A stretch of 64,000 nucleotides of DNA from a bacterium (GCA_046331705.1 JAXLQJ010000002.1:142370-206369), one strand, 5' to 3'; shown: positions 40,947 to 52,041, counted from the first letter of the stretch. Translations and numbers: made by a program. Notes: generated by a model not told the origin, from the letters alone.

Positions 40947-41962
40947 CCCGCCCGCTCGCCACCCGACCCAGCGCGCCCGCCAGCGCAGGTGACTCGAGCG
41001 CGTTGGGCGACGGCGCGCCGTCGTGGCGCCGGCTGGAACGCCTCGTCGCCGATCTCGGCACGCGCCGCGCGCGTCGCGCTCGTGGTCAGGAGGTCACCGA
41101 GCTCTGCCGGCTGCACCGCGCCACCTCGCGCGATCTCTCGCAAGCGATCGCCGAAGGCAAACCGCAGACCACCGTCCGCTACCTGCACGGGCTGGTGAGC
41201 CGAACCCACGCGCTGCTCTATCGCTTCGAGACCGTCGATTGGCAGCGCTGGCGCGAGGCATTCTTCGTCACGGTGCCCGCCAAGCTGCGCCGGGATCCGC
41301 ACCTGCGCGTGGCGTTCGCGGTCTTCTTCGGCGTGGCACTGCTCTCGTACGCGCTGGCGACGGTGTCGCCGGCCTGGCTGGATCTGGTCCTGGACGAGGA
41401 CTCGCGCGCCAGCCTGGATGCGATGTACTCGAACCTCGGCGAGGTCCGGAGCCTCGACGAGAGCTTCTCGATGTCCGGCTTCTACGTGCGCAACAACATG
41501 ACCGTGGCGCTGCGCTGCTTCGCCTATGGCGCGTTCTTCGGCGTCGGCAGCGTGGCGGCGCTGCTCTCGAACGCGATCACCATCGGCGCCGCGTTCGGCT
41601 ACATGCTGGCCGGTGCCTACCGCGAGAACTTCTTGTCCTTCGTGATCGGACACGCGCCATTCGAGCTCACGGCCGTGACGTTCGCCGGCGCAGCCGGGCT
41701 CAAGCTCGGCTTGTCGCTGGTGCGGACCCAGGGTTGGTCGCGTGCCGCGTCGTTCCGTCGCGCGGCCCTCGACTCGGTGGCGCTCGTGACCTCGGCGTGC
41801 GTGCTGCTCCTCGGCGCGGCGTTGATCGAGGCGTTCTTCTCGCCGCTTCCGTTCTCGATCGCCTTCAAGCTGCCGATGTTCCTGGTCACGCTCACCTTGC
41901 TGGTGACCTACGTGGCGGTGCTCGGCGGGCGCGGCGGGCGCACCGAGCGGGGCGATCGATGA
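40943..41962 (+). CDS. Stage II sporulation protein M (DUF95) family membrane protein
   Basis: RNN, HAPFEL, AALIEAF. Confidence 0.88.
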   Translation: MTRPLATRPSAPASAGDSSALGDGAPSWRRLERLVADLGTRRARRARGQEVTELCRLHRATSRDLSQAIAEGKPQTTVRYLHGLVSRTHALLYRFETVDWQRWREAFFVTVPAKLRRDPHLRVAFAVFFGVALLSYALATVSPAWLDLVLDEDSRASLDAMYSNLGEVRSLDESFSMSGFYVRNNMTVALRCFAYGAFFGVGSVAALLSNAITIGAAFGYMLAGAYRENFLSFVIGHAPFELTAVTFAGAAGLKLGLSLVRTQGWSRAASFRRAALDSVALVTSACVLLLGAALIEAFFSPLPFSIAFKLPMFLVTLTLLVTYVAVLGGRGGRTERGDR

Positions 41963-42816
41963 ACGTCCGGCACGCGCGGGTGCGCATCCGCGAGCGAGCG
42001 CCCACCGAGGTGCTGGACCTGGCGCTGCTGTTCATCAAGCGCAACGCGCGCTCGTTCGCGATCCTCGGCGCGGTCCTCGTGATCCCCGCCACCGCGCTGG
42101 TGTGGGCGCTGGTCAAGACCCTCGACGTGGTCCCCCTCTACGCGACCTTCGTCGGGTGCACGATCGCCGCCACCGCCATCCGCGCGCCGGTGGTGGTGCT
42201 CTGCGGCCACGCGATGTTCGCCGAGCGCGTGCCGCTGACGTGGGTGTGGAGCGACACGCGCCGCTACCTGCCGGCCATCGCGCGGCTGGTGGCGCGACGG
42301 GCGCTGCTCGCCCTCACGATCGTGGGCGTTCTCTGGGATTGGGTGACGCGTTACCACGTGGACGAGGTGCTGCTGCTCGAACGACTCGACGGCGCGGCGG
42401 CCACCACGCGGCTCGCGCACCTGCGCCGTCGCTTCGGCGCCGCTTGCCAGGAGCAGCTCGTGCACCACCTGTTCCTCGGGGCGGCCGCGGTGGCGAGCAT
42501 CGTCAGCGTATGGGTCTTCCTCCGGCTCATCTTCGAGAGCGAACCGGTGGTGTGGTGGCCCCTGGGCGGGGGAATCGCGCCAGCCGTCGCGTCGATCCTG
42601 CTCACGCAGGTCTACCTGGCCACCGCCAAGTTCCTCTTCTACTTGAACCTGCGCACGGTGAACGAGGGCTGGGACCTCTTCCTCGAAACACGCGCGATCG
42701 AGGCGCTGCTCGCGCCGCGGCGTTCGGCGAGCGATGCACCTCGGCTCGGCGACGAGCCGCCGCTGGGCGATCCGCGCGGGGTGGACGCTGCCACCGCCGA
42801 AGGGGCGGCTCCATGA
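41959..42816 (+). CDS. Membrane protein of MoxR-associated operon
   Basis: Multiple TM helices; FYLNLR...EGWD. Confidence 0.8.
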   Translation: MNVRHARVRIRERAPTEVLDLALLFIKRNARSFAILGAVLVIPATALVWALVKTLDVVPLYATFVGCTIAATAIRAPVVVLCGHAMFAERVPLTWVWSDTRRYLPAIARLVARRALLALTIVGVLWDWVTRYHVDEVLLLERLDGAAATTRLAHLRRRFGAACQEQLVHHLFLGAAAVASIVSVWVFLRLIFESEPVVWWPLGGGIAPAVASILLTQVYLATAKFLFYLNLRTVNEGWDLFLETRAIEALLAPRRSASDAPRLGDEPPLGDPRGVDAATAEGAAP

Positions 42817-43550
42817 GGTTCACGGTCCGTGTCATCGCCCTGGCGCTGGCGTGCGCCGCGGTGCTGACGGCGAGCGCCGGCGGCGGCGTCCCGTCCAGCG
42901 CGCGCGCCGCCGAGTCGACGGCACCCGACCGCGGCCAGCTCGAGGTCCGCCGCGCGCTCCGCGAGCACGACTACGACTGGTACGACGCCGCCAGCGACGG
43001 ACCCAGCTTCGAGCGCCTTCGCCACGAGCTCGACGAGCCGGACGCCGGCGCTCGGAAGTGGAGCTGGCTGGTGTGGGTGCTCGACTTCATCGCGTTCGCC
43101 ACGCTGCTCGCGATCCTCGCTCACGTGATCCGCTCTGCGCGGCGTGCGCGGCGCGAGCGCGCCCCCGCGGCCGAGACCGAGCCGCCGCGGCCGCTCGAGG
43201 CGTTGCCCTTCGTCGACCCCGCGCTGGGCATCGAGCCCAACGCATGGCTCGCGGCCGCCGAGGACGCCGCCGCGCGCGGCGACTTCACGCGCGCCACCGT
43301 CTGCCTCTTCAACGGCCAGCTCCTGATCCTCGATCGCGCCCACGCGATCCGACTCGCGCCCGGTCGCACCAACCGCCACCATCTCGGCGAGCTCTCCGGC
43401 GCCGAGCCCGCGCGGCGGAGCTTCTCGGGCTCGATCCGCGAGTTCGAGCGCGTCTTCTACGGCGGTCGCGCCGCGAGCCGGGAGTCGTTCGAGCGCTTTC
43501 GCGAAGACCATCGCCAGCTCGTGGCGGCGGTGCCGGGCGCGTCGCCGTGA
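42813..43550 (+). CDS. DUF4129 domain protein
   Basis: A..GDF..A, RTN, FERVFYG. Confidence 0.8.
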   Translation: MRFTVRVIALALACAAVLTASAGGGVPSSARAAESTAPDRGQLEVRRALREHDYDWYDAASDGPSFERLRHELDEPDAGARKWSWLVWVLDFIAFATLLAILAHVIRSARRARRERAPAAETEPPRPLEALPFVDPALGIEPNAWLAAAEDAAARGDFTRATVCLFNGQLLILDRAHAIRLAPGRTNRHHLGELSGAEPARRSFSGSIREFERVFYGGRAASRESFERFREDHRQLVAAVPGASP

Positions 43551-44815
43551 GTCGCCGGCTCGCACGGATCCGCGCGGCGCTCGCGCTGGTGCTGCTGCTC
43601 GCCGCGGCGTGCGCGACTCCCAAGCTCGATCGCCGCTACGGCAAGAGCACCGACGCGAGCATCAACGGCACACGGGTCTTCTTCGATCTGCTCGCCGAGC
43701 GCGGCCACGTCGTGAAACGCGTCGGCAGCTTCCGGCAACGCTTCCTCGACGACGCCAACGTCGTCGTCTGGTTCGAGCGCGACCCCGACGGAGTCCCCTG
43801 GACCACCGCCGAGGAGGCCGCCGAGTGGCTGGGCGCGCGCTCCGATCGGCAGATCGTCTACGTCGCCAACGACTTCGACTCCGACCTCCAGCTGTGGGAC
43901 GACCTGGCGGAGCACTTCCGCACCACCCAGGAGACCGAGCGCGCGGAGAGATCGCGCACGCTCCGCGACGAGGTAGCGACCCACGTCGCCGAGTACGCGA
44001 GCGCGAGGAGCTCGGAAAGCTGGGCGCCGTATCCGTTCGCGGCCGTCGGGCGAGCCGAGACGCCGACGCTCGCCGCTCCGCTCGACGCCGAGACGCCGCT
44101 CGCCGCGGCGCTGCCCGGCGCGGCGCGCGTCTACCTGAGCCGGCATCCGTCCGCGATCGAGCCCGCGCCGAGCCACGAGAGCGACGCGCGCGTGGACGAG
44201 CCGAGCGACGAGCCGGCCGAGGACGGCGACGCTCCGGCGCCCGCGCCGGAATCCCCCGGCGCCAAGAGCCTGCGCGCGCTGCGCGAGCGGATCACGCCCC
44301 AGGCCGACGCCGTGTGGCTCGGCTCGGCCGAGCGTCCGCTGGTGCTGGCGCGCCGCTTCCCCGCTGGCGACGGCGGCACGAGCGAGATCGTGCTCGTGCA
44401 CAACGGCTCGTTCCTGCTCAACTACGCGCTGCTCGGCGCCCCCCATCGCACCCTCGCCACGCGGCTCGCGGATCGCTTGGGGGACAAGCGGCGCATCGCG
44501 TTCTACGAGCCGAGCCAGAGCTCGCGCTCGGCCCGCGCCTGGTTCTGGGGCGATCGTCCGCCCGCCGGGTTGAGCCCTCTCGACCTCCTGTTCCGGCCGC
44601 CGCTCGGCTGGGTCTTCCTCCACTTCCTGATCGCCGCGCTGCTCTACCTCGCCAGTCAGGCGCCGATCTTCGGCAGGCCGCGCGGCGACACCGAGGATCC
44701 CGGCGCCCCGTTCACCCAGCACGTGCGCGCCTACGGCAAGCTGCTCGAGCGCACGGGCGATCGCCGCTACGTCGAACACTTGCTCGCCGAGCACGCCCGC
44801 CGCGCTCGCTCTTGA
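43547..44815 (+). CDS. DUF4350-like protein
   Basis: N-terminal signal, NGT...F..L, FLLN..L, C-terminal TM and FGRP...HV. Confidence 0.75.
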   Translation: MSRRLARIRAALALVLLLAAACATPKLDRRYGKSTDASINGTRVFFDLLAERGHVVKRVGSFRQRFLDDANVVVWFERDPDGVPWTTAEEAAEWLGARSDRQIVYVANDFDSDLQLWDDLAEHFRTTQETERAERSRTLRDEVATHVAEYASARSSESWAPYPFAAVGRAETPTLAAPLDAETPLAAALPGAARVYLSRHPSAIEPAPSHESDARVDEPSDEPAEDGDAPAPAPESPGAKSLRALRERITPQADAVWLGSAERPLVLARRFPAGDGGTSEIVLVHNGSFLLNYALLGAPHRTLATRLADRLGDKRRIAFYEPSQSSRSARAWFWGDRPPAGLSPLDLLFRPPLGWVFLHFLIAALLYLASQAPIFGRPRGDTEDPGAPFTQHVRAYGKLLERTGDRRYVEHLLAEHARRARS

Positions 44816-44828
44816 GATCGGACTCCCG

Positions 44829-45806
44829 ATGGAAACGCAGCCACTCACGATTCAAGACTTCGCCGATCGCATCCACACCTTCGAGCGCGAGCTGGCGCGG
44901 GTGGTGGTCGGCCAGGAAGAAGCCGTCCGAGGCGTGCTGGCGGCGCTGCTCGCCGACGGCCACGTGCTCATCGAGGGCGTTCCCGGCCTCGGCAAGACGC
45001 TCCTGGCCAAGGCGGTGAGCAAGCTCATCGACGCGCGCTTCAGCCGCATCCAGTTCACGCCCGACCTCATGCCGTCGGACGTCACCGGCGGCCACGTCTT
45101 CAACATGAAGTCGCGGGAGTTCGACTTCCACCCGGGGCCGATCTTCACCAACGTGCTGCTCGCGGACGAGATCAACCGAGCGCCCGCCAAGACCCACGCC
45201 GCGCTGCTCGAGGTGATGCAGGAGCGCCGCGTCACCGTCGACCGCAGCACGTTCAAGCTCGACTGGCCGTTCTTCACCCTCGCCACCCAGAACCCCATCG
45301 AATCCGAGGGCACGTACGCGTTGCCTGCGGCCCAGCTCGACCGCTTCATGTTCAAGCTCATCGTCGGCTACCTGCCACCCGAACGAGAGCAGAAGGTGCT
45401 GGAACGCGCGATCGCGCCGGGGAGCGCCCCCGAGGACGAGTTGGAGCAGCTCACGGCGATCTTCGACGCCGCAGCGTTGGCCGCGCTGCGCGACCTCGCC
45501 GGGCGCGTCACCGTCGAAGCACCCCTCGTCCAGTACGCGAGCGAGCTGGTGCGCGCCACGCGCACCTGGCCGGACCTGATCCAGGGTGCCTCGACGCGCG
45601 CCGGGATCGCGCTGCTCAAGGGTGCTCGGGTGCTCGCGCTCCTCGACGCCCGCGACTACGTCGTGCCCGACGACATCCAGGCGCTGCTGCTGCCGGCGCT
45701 GCGCCATCGCGTGATCCTCGCGCCGGAAGCCGAGGTGGAGGGCCGCGACGTCGACGCGGTGCTGGTGCAGGTGCGGGACTCGGTCGAGGTGCCGCGCGCG
45801 CGATGA
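44829..45806 (+). CDS. MoxR family AAA+ ATPase
   Basis: GVPGLGKT, RIQFTPDLMPSD, DEINRAP, ATQNPIE, QLDRF. Confidence 0.96.
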   Translation: METQPLTIQDFADRIHTFERELARVVVGQEEAVRGVLAALLADGHVLIEGVPGLGKTLLAKAVSKLIDARFSRIQFTPDLMPSDVTGGHVFNMKSREFDFHPGPIFTNVLLADEINRAPAKTHAALLEVMQERRVTVDRSTFKLDWPFFTLATQNPIESEGTYALPAAQLDRFMFKLIVGYLPPEREQKVLERAIAPGSAPEDELEQLTAIFDAAALAALRDLAGRVTVEAPLVQYASELVRATRTWPDLIQGASTRAGIALLKGARVLALLDARDYVVPDDIQALLLPALRHRVILAPEAEVEGRDVDAVLVQVRDSVEVPRAR

Positions 45807-47113
45807 GCCCGAGCCGCCTCACCGTCCGCATCGCGCTCGCGCCGGCGATCCTCTCGATCGCGGTGCTCTTCGTGCCCGAGACCAAGGTCGCGGTGCTGGT
45901 TCTCGACGGCGTCCTGGGCGCGCTCCTGCTCTTCGACTGGCTCTCGCTGCCACGCCCCGCGGACGTCACGGCGGAGCGCGGCGTGGCGCACGTCGTCTCG
46001 GTGCGCCGGTTCCACCCCGTCACGCTCACGCTCACCAACCGGCTGGCGCGCCCGCTCGTCGTCGACGTGAACGACGACCGCCCCGACGCGAGCAGCGTCC
46101 GGGAGCTGCCCAAGCGCCTCGAGCTGCCGGCGCGCTCGCGCACCTCGCTCACCTACGAGCTCGAGCTCCGCGAGCGCGGCGAAGCCGTGCTCGGCACGGT
46201 GTTCGTGCGCGCGACCAGCAACCTCGGCCTCTGGCACCGGATCCTGCGCATCGGCTGCGAGAGCCGCGTGCGCGTCTATCCCGACCTTCGCGCCCTCACC
46301 GAATACCGGCTGCTGGCGCGGCGCAATCTGGTGAGCCTGCTCGGCATCCACCGCGTGCAACGCCCCGGCGGCGACACCGAGTTCGAGCGGCTGCGCGAGT
46401 ACCAGCCCGACGACGAGCTCAAGCACGTCGCCTGGAAGGCCACCGCCAAGCGCGATCGGCTCATCTCCAAGACCTTCCAGCAAACCCAGAACCAGTCGGT
46501 CGTGTTCCTCCTCGATTGCGGCCGGATGATGCGCGCGGGTGCCGGCGAGCCTTCGCACCTCGATCACGCGCTCCAGGCGAGCCTGATGCTCGCGCAGATC
46601 GCGCTCACGTCGAGCGACGCCGTGGGCATGCTGGTCTTCTCCGATCGCCTCGACGGTTACCTGCCGCCTCGCGCCGGCGCGGACCAGCTCAATCGCCTGA
46701 TCCACCTCGCCCACGACAAGTTCCCGCGGGTAGTGGCCTCCAACTACGAGGCGGCGTTCCAGTTCCTGGAGCGCCGGCTGCGCAAACGCAGCTTGCTCAT
46801 CCTCGCCAGCCACGTCGTGGACGACGCGAGCCTGGGCGCCATCCAGCGCTATCTCCGACCCATGCGCGGTCGCCATCTGCCGCTGGTGGTCTTCCTCCGC
46901 GATCCCGCGCTCGAGGCGCTCGCCCACGGCCACGAGCCTGGCGACGAAGCGCTCTACCAACGCGCCGCCGCCACCGAGATCCTCGAATGGCGGCGACGCA
47001 ACATCGACCAAGTTCGCGCGAGCGGCGTGCTCTGCCTCGACGTCCCCTCCAGCGAGCTCGACGCCAAGCTCATCAACGAGTACCTGCGCATCAAGGCGGC
47101 GCATTTGTTGTAG
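45803..47113 (+). CDS. DUF58 domain protein
   Basis: EFERLREYQPDD..WKATA, LDCGRMM. Confidence 0.93.
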   Translation: MSPSRLTVRIALAPAILSIAVLFVPETKVAVLVLDGVLGALLLFDWLSLPRPADVTAERGVAHVVSVRRFHPVTLTLTNRLARPLVVDVNDDRPDASSVRELPKRLELPARSRTSLTYELELRERGEAVLGTVFVRATSNLGLWHRILRIGCESRVRVYPDLRALTEYRLLARRNLVSLLGIHRVQRPGGDTEFERLREYQPDDELKHVAWKATAKRDRLISKTFQQTQNQSVVFLLDCGRMMRAGAGEPSHLDHALQASLMLAQIALTSSDAVGMLVFSDRLDGYLPPRAGADQLNRLIHLAHDKFPRVVASNYEAAFQFLERRLRKRSLLILASHVVDDASLGAIQRYLRPMRGRHLPLVVFLRDPALEALAHGHEPGDEALYQRAAATEILEWRRRNIDQVRASGVLCLDVPSSELDAKLINEYLRIKAAHLL

Positions 47114-47269
47114 CGGGGGGCTGGGCCAGCCCCCCGCCCGACGCGGCAAAGCCGCGGCGGGTCCCACCCCCAAGGCGCCTCGCTTCGCTCGCGGCTCGCC
47201 TGCCGGCTCGCGGAGAGATCGACGGCGAGCGTGGAGACCGAGGCGCTGGTCGCCCGATTGGAGAGCCGT
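47113..47269 (-). repeat. Dispersed inverted copy of the ~152-bp repeat, ending in a GC hairpin
   Basis: Reverse complement aligns with about 35017-35145; hairpin GCGGGGGGCTGG/CCAGCCCCCCGC at 47113-47137. Confidence 0.88.
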
Positions 47270-47538
47270 AGGCGCGTCGCTGCGCTCAGCGGGTTGCCGA
47301 TGGTCAGCTGCCGGCAACGCCGTGCGGTCAACGGCGATGGTCCAATCCGACCTACCCGCGGCAAGCGCGGACACAGCGCCGCGGGCTCTCGCGAGAAACG
47401 CCATGATCTTGCGCACCTCGACGGACGCTGGCGCGGGCTCGGGGAAGACGGGCGGCTGGCGCGCGACTTGCTCTGATCCGGCACGCACTCGCTTCGTCGC
47501 TCCAGTCACGACCTCGCGGGCACACGGAGACAGCCCTG

Positions 47539-49608
47539 GTGCGGCTTTCGGCCTCGACGCGTGGGCGCACGGCTTCGTCGGCTGCGCGACAGCCGTGGCC
47601 GTTCGCCGTCGCGCTGGCGTTGGCTCTCGCATGCTCCACGCTGGCTCGGGGCGAGGCGGGCTTCGACGAGGCAGCGCCGAGCTCCACCCGCTACGCCGAG
47701 CAACTCTTCCTCGAAGCCATCCCGGAGGTCTACGCCGCCTCCAAGCGACCGGAGCCGACCACGGACGCTCCTTCCGCGGTCACGATCATCACGGCCGAAG
47801 AGATCCGTCGCCACGGCTATCGAACGCTGGGACAGATCCTGCGTAGCGTTCCGGGCTTCTTCACCTCGTACGACCGCGTCTACACGCACGTCGGCGTGAG
47901 GGGCTTCTTGCCCCCCGGTGACTACACCAGCCGACTTCTCTTCCTGGTGGACGGCCACCGGATCAACGACGGCGTCTGGGGCGCTGCACCAGTCGGCGAC
48001 GAGTTCCCCGTCGACGTGCACCAGATCGACCGCGTGGAAGTCGTGCCGGGCCCGAGCGCGTCGCTCTATGGAACCAACGCCTTCTTCGGCGTCGTGAACG
48101 TGATCACGCGGCGAGGGCGCGACGTCCAGGGGATCTCCGCCGGAGGCGGGATCGGCAGCCAGTCGACTTACGACGCGCGCGCCACCGCTGGCGCTCGCTG
48201 GGCGGGCGGAGCCGAGCTGCTCGCCACCGGCGCCTACGCGTCGAGCGCGGGCGATCCGCACCTCTTCGTTCCCGACCTCGTCGGCTACCAGTCGAGCGAT
48301 GGAGTCGCTCGCGACGCCGACGACGGCCGCGCGCTCGACCTCTTCGGCAAAGGCAGCTTCGCCGGGATCCAGGCGATGGCGGGCCACGGAACCCGCACCA
48401 AGACCGTCCCGACCGCGCCGTTCGGAAGTGCTTTCCCCTCCGACCGGACCACCACGGAGGACGCCTTCACCTGGGCCGATGTGTCGATGACCCCGGAGCT
48501 CTCCCCCGCCTGGCAGCTCTCCGCTCGCGTCTTCTTCGACCAATTCGACCACACCGCGGACGGTTGGCTGGGGATCGAGTGGCCGTTCACGGGGCGCACC
48601 TACCACGTCACGAACCGAAACTGGGCGCGCGCGCAGAGCCTGGGATCGGAGGTGGCGGTCGAGACGACCGCGCTCGATCGAAACCGCATCATGCTCGGCG
48701 CGACCACCACCTGGTATCTGGACCAGCGGACTCGCGACTCGCTCGTCGAGATCCATCGCGAGCTTCAGGATTCCGACCGCGAGCCGTGGATTTGGAGCGC
48801 ATACGCTCAGGACAAGCTCGCGATCCTGCCCACGCTCGCGCTCCACGCCTCGCTTCGTTACGACTCGGACGACACGGTCTCCGGGCGGCTGAGCCCGCGC
48901 GCCGCGCTGGTCTTCACCCCGCTCGAGGAGACCACCCTCAAGGCCATCTACGGTCAGGCGTTTCGCGCGCCCAGCGCGTTCGAGATCGCGGCGCCGCGTG
49001 CCCCGGGAAGCCGCGCGCTCGCGGCGGAGACCATCGACTCCTACGAGCTGGTCGTGGAGCAATCGATCGGCTCGGCGCTGCGCCTCGTCGGCTCGGGCTA
49101 CTACTACCAGCTCCACGACCTGATCACGCTGCAGCCGCCCAAGAGCTTCGGCCCGCCCACGTTCGCGAACAGCGCCGACAGCGATGCGATGGGTGCGTCG
49201 CTGGCCATCGACGGCCGCTGGCCGGGTGGATGGCGCGTGCGCGGCAGCTACTCGATCCAGCGGATCGAGGACGAGGCGACCCACGATTCGCCGCCGAATT
49301 CCCCGACACACCTGGGCAAGGTCCTCGCCGGCGCGCCCCTCGTCGACGAGCGCTTGACGTTGAACGGCGAGCTCGAGGTCGTCTCGTCGCGCAAGACGCT
49401 CGCCGGCGCCACCACGGACACCCTCGCTCTCTTCGATCTCACGCTCCGCGCCGAGGATCTCGTGCCCGAGCTGGGCGTGGGCTTCACCGTGCGCAACGTC
49501 TTCGATCAGCGCTACGCGGAGCCGGCCGGCGTCGAGCTTCCCGAGGACTCGGTGCCGCAAGACGGCCGCACCTACTGGCTCGAGCTCGATTACACGCTCG
49601 GCCTCTGA
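47539..49608 (+). CDS. TonB-dependent receptor
   Basis: Plug motifs APSAVTIITAEEI, GVRG, IDRVEVVPGPSASLYG; C-terminal NVFD...GRTY. Confidence 0.93.
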   Translation: MRLSASTRGRTASSAARQPWPFAVALALALACSTLARGEAGFDEAAPSSTRYAEQLFLEAIPEVYAASKRPEPTTDAPSAVTIITAEEIRRHGYRTLGQILRSVPGFFTSYDRVYTHVGVRGFLPPGDYTSRLLFLVDGHRINDGVWGAAPVGDEFPVDVHQIDRVEVVPGPSASLYGTNAFFGVVNVITRRGRDVQGISAGGGIGSQSTYDARATAGARWAGGAELLATGAYASSAGDPHLFVPDLVGYQSSDGVARDADDGRALDLFGKGSFAGIQAMAGHGTRTKTVPTAPFGSAFPSDRTTTEDAFTWADVSMTPELSPAWQLSARVFFDQFDHTADGWLGIEWPFTGRTYHVTNRNWARAQSLGSEVAVETTALDRNRIMLGATTTWYLDQRTRDSLVEIHRELQDSDREPWIWSAYAQDKLAILPTLALHASLRYDSDDTVSGRLSPRAALVFTPLEETTLKAIYGQAFRAPSAFEIAAPRAPGSRALAAETIDSYELVVEQSIGSALRLVGSGYYYQLHDLITLQPPKSFGPPTFANSADSDAMGASLAIDGRWPGGWRVRGSYSIQRIEDEATHDSPPNSPTHLGKVLAGAPLVDERLTLNGELEVVSSRKTLAGATTDTLALFDLTLRAEDLVPELGVGFTVRNVFDQRYAEPAGVELPEDSVPQDGRTYWLELDYTLGL

Positions 49609-50326
49609 GCGAGACACGCGCGGGTGGTGCGGACGGTGTCGCGCCAGCGACCGGGCGGGTGGGTGCGACGGCCCGTCGCCGCGGGCACGCTCGCCGCGAG
49701 CCTGGCGTCGATCGAGCGCGCCATGACGGCGCCGGCAGCGTCGGGGCGAATCCTCGTTCTCGGATCCGACGGCAGCAGCACCGAGACTGACGTGAGCGAC
49801 GGAATCCGCGACGGCCTCGATCCGGCCCGCGCCAACGCCCTCGACGTTCGCGAGCCACCGCGCGGCGACGCGGACACCGCAACCCTGCTCGAGACGGCCC
49901 TCGGCGATCCGCCGCTTGCCCTCGCGAGAGACGGCGAAGGCGCTCCGGGTCTTCTCGCACGAGCGTCGGATCCCGTTCGTCGGCCTCTCCGAGGCCTGGG
50001 TGTAGTCGGGCGCGCTCGACGCTCTCGAGCGTGATTTCCGCGACACCGGGCGCCAATGCGCCGGATCCTGAACCGAGTCGCGGCGGGCGCGTCCCCGGGG
50101 CCGATTCCCGTCGCAGCGCCCCGCACCAGCACGCGGCAACCGTCGTCCGAGTCCGTGCAACGACACCTCCGCTCGCCTCGCCAGCCCCCGGCGAACGGTG
50201 CCCGCGGCCGACCGTAGCGGCCACGACCGCATCGAGATGCCAGACTGAGGCCACGCAGCGAGCACACGCTCGGCGCGCTCGCCCGTCTCGCGCGGCGTCC
50301 ATCCCGGCCACTCGGAGCCGCCCATC

Positions 50327-51394
50327 GTGAACGCAGCGTCGCCTTCCCCCGAACCGGCGCGAACCGGATACCTGCGAAGCGATGGCGTCGGACGGAGCGC
50401 CACCGACGCTGCCACTCGGGAGCTCGAGCACTCGCTCCGCGACCGCTGCGCCATCGCCGCTGCGGACGCCGCCTTCAGCTTCCTCGCGTGGTGGCTGCGG
50501 CTGGGCGGCGAGCCGCTGCGACGCTTGCTCTGTCGAGTCTGCGGTTGGATCGGCTATCGCACGTTTCGCGACAAGCGCCGAATCGCACGCGTGAACTTGG
50601 ATCTGGTTTACGGCGACACGATGAGCGCGCCCGAGAAAGAGCGAATCATCCGCGCGATGTTCGTCCACTTCGTGACGCTCGGGCTCGATTTCATCTTCGA
50701 TAGCGTCTACTGGCCGCCTGCGAAGCTCGCCCAGCGAGTCCGCGTCGTCGGCATCGAGAAGCTACCCGCCGCACTGGCGCTGGGACGCGGCCTCTTGTGC
50801 GTGTCCGGGCACCTCGGGAACTGGGAGATCATGTGCGCCAGCGCCGCCGCCCACGGCTACGACTTCGTGGGCGTGTTCAAGCCGCCCAAGGGCGTGGTCG
50901 CCGATCACTTCATCGCGCGCAAACGACTACGCTACGGCATGAGCCTGCTCGAAACCCCGGAGGTCCGCGGTGAGCGGGTGGACGGAGTGAACACCCCGAC
51001 CACCCAGCGCAGCCTGCGCGAGGACATCGAGGCGATCTGGAGATCCGGCCGCGCCGTGGCCTATCTCTGCGACCAGCGGCCGCGCAAACGCGTGATGCGC
51101 GCCCGCTTCCTGGGTGTGGAGAACACCGCGACCGCCGGCGGCCTGGTGCGCTACGCGGTCGCCAACCGCGTACCGCTCACCTTCCACCACTGCGTCTACG
51201 AGCCCGACGGCAACCTGGTCTGGACCATCGAAGGTCCCATGCAGATCGAGGACCACGGCGGCGACGAAGCCACCACCGCGTACTACGTCCAGCTCATCAA
51301 CGACTGGCTGTCCGAGCGGATCAAAGAGCACCCCGAGCAGTGGACCTGGGGCCATCGACGCTTCGAGCGCGACCGCTACGCGCGGCGGCGCTGA
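50327..51394 (+). CDS. Lipid A/lysophospholipid acyltransferase (LpxL/HtrB family)
   Basis: GHLGNWE, DQ, PEQWTWGHRRF; start uncertain. Confidence 0.88.
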   Translation: MNAASPSPEPARTGYLRSDGVGRSATDAATRELEHSLRDRCAIAAADAAFSFLAWWLRLGGEPLRRLLCRVCGWIGYRTFRDKRRIARVNLDLVYGDTMSAPEKERIIRAMFVHFVTLGLDFIFDSVYWPPAKLAQRVRVVGIEKLPAALALGRGLLCVSGHLGNWEIMCASAAAHGYDFVGVFKPPKGVVADHFIARKRLRYGMSLLETPEVRGERVDGVNTPTTQRSLREDIEAIWRSGRAVAYLCDQRPRKRVMRARFLGVENTATAGGLVRYAVANRVPLTFHHCVYEPDGNLVWTIEGPMQIEDHGGDEATTAYYVQLINDWLSERIKEHPEQWTWGHRRFERDRYARRR

Positions 51395-51415
51395 CCGAGC
51401 GCGGCGGAGCCGAGA

Positions 51416-51943
51416 TCAGCCCGCCGACGCAGCGGCGTGGGCACGGACGCGGGCGATGTAACCGCCGAGGGCTGCCGACGCGATCGTGAGCGGCGTGGCA
51501 AGCGCGACCATCGCCGCCTCGGCGCCGTTCGTGGGCAGCCCCCCGTCGGGGCCAGACATGAGCTTGCCGAGGATCACCGAGAGCACACCCGCGCCGAGGC
51601 CGTGGAGCACCTCGTTGCGACGCGCGATCAGCCCCGCCACGTAGCCGCCCAGCACGCTCATCGCGCCGCCGGCCACGTAGAGCGTGAGCTGGTGCGGCAG
51701 CATCTTGAGCGTCTCCGCGATCTCGTGCTCGCTGCCGCTGGATCCGCCCAATCGGAAGAGCATCACCATCACGTACAGGAACTGGAACGACATCGTGGCC
51801 ATGGTGTCGACCACCGAGCCCACGACCATCGCCCGCGGGCGAAACGGCGCGCCATCGTCGACGGGCGGCACCCCGGGCTGGCGCGACTCGGGCGAGGACG
51901 CGCCCGGCAAGGTTTGGTACGGGTTCGGCGGCGAGCTCTGCAT
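51416..51943 (-). CDS. Four-TM membrane protein (NPY-motif paralog 3)
   Basis: NPYQ, FR..A..VG..D, GGYVAG.IA...HG. Confidence 0.75.
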   Translation of the reverse strand: MQSSPPNPYQTLPGASSPESRQPGVPPVDDGAPFRPRAMVVGSVVDTMATMSFQFLYVMVMLFRLGGSSGSEHEIAETLKMLPHQLTLYVAGGAMSVLGGYVAGLIARRNEVLHGLGAGVLSVILGKLMSGPDGGLPTNGAEAAMVALATPLTIASAALGGYIARVRAHAAASAG

Positions 51944-52041
51944 CGGGGGTCCGCGCACACGGAACGAACGCGAGCGGAAAGCGGCAGCCAACCCGATTCG
52001 CATTCCCGAGGCAACTGCGCCCCGCGCCGCGAGCGCCCGGC

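Noticed and set aside
40086-47113. RDD-SpoIIM-DUF4129-DUF4350-MoxR-DUF58 cluster as a novel system
   Set aside because: This is a widespread, already recognised conserved operon, although its function is unresolved.
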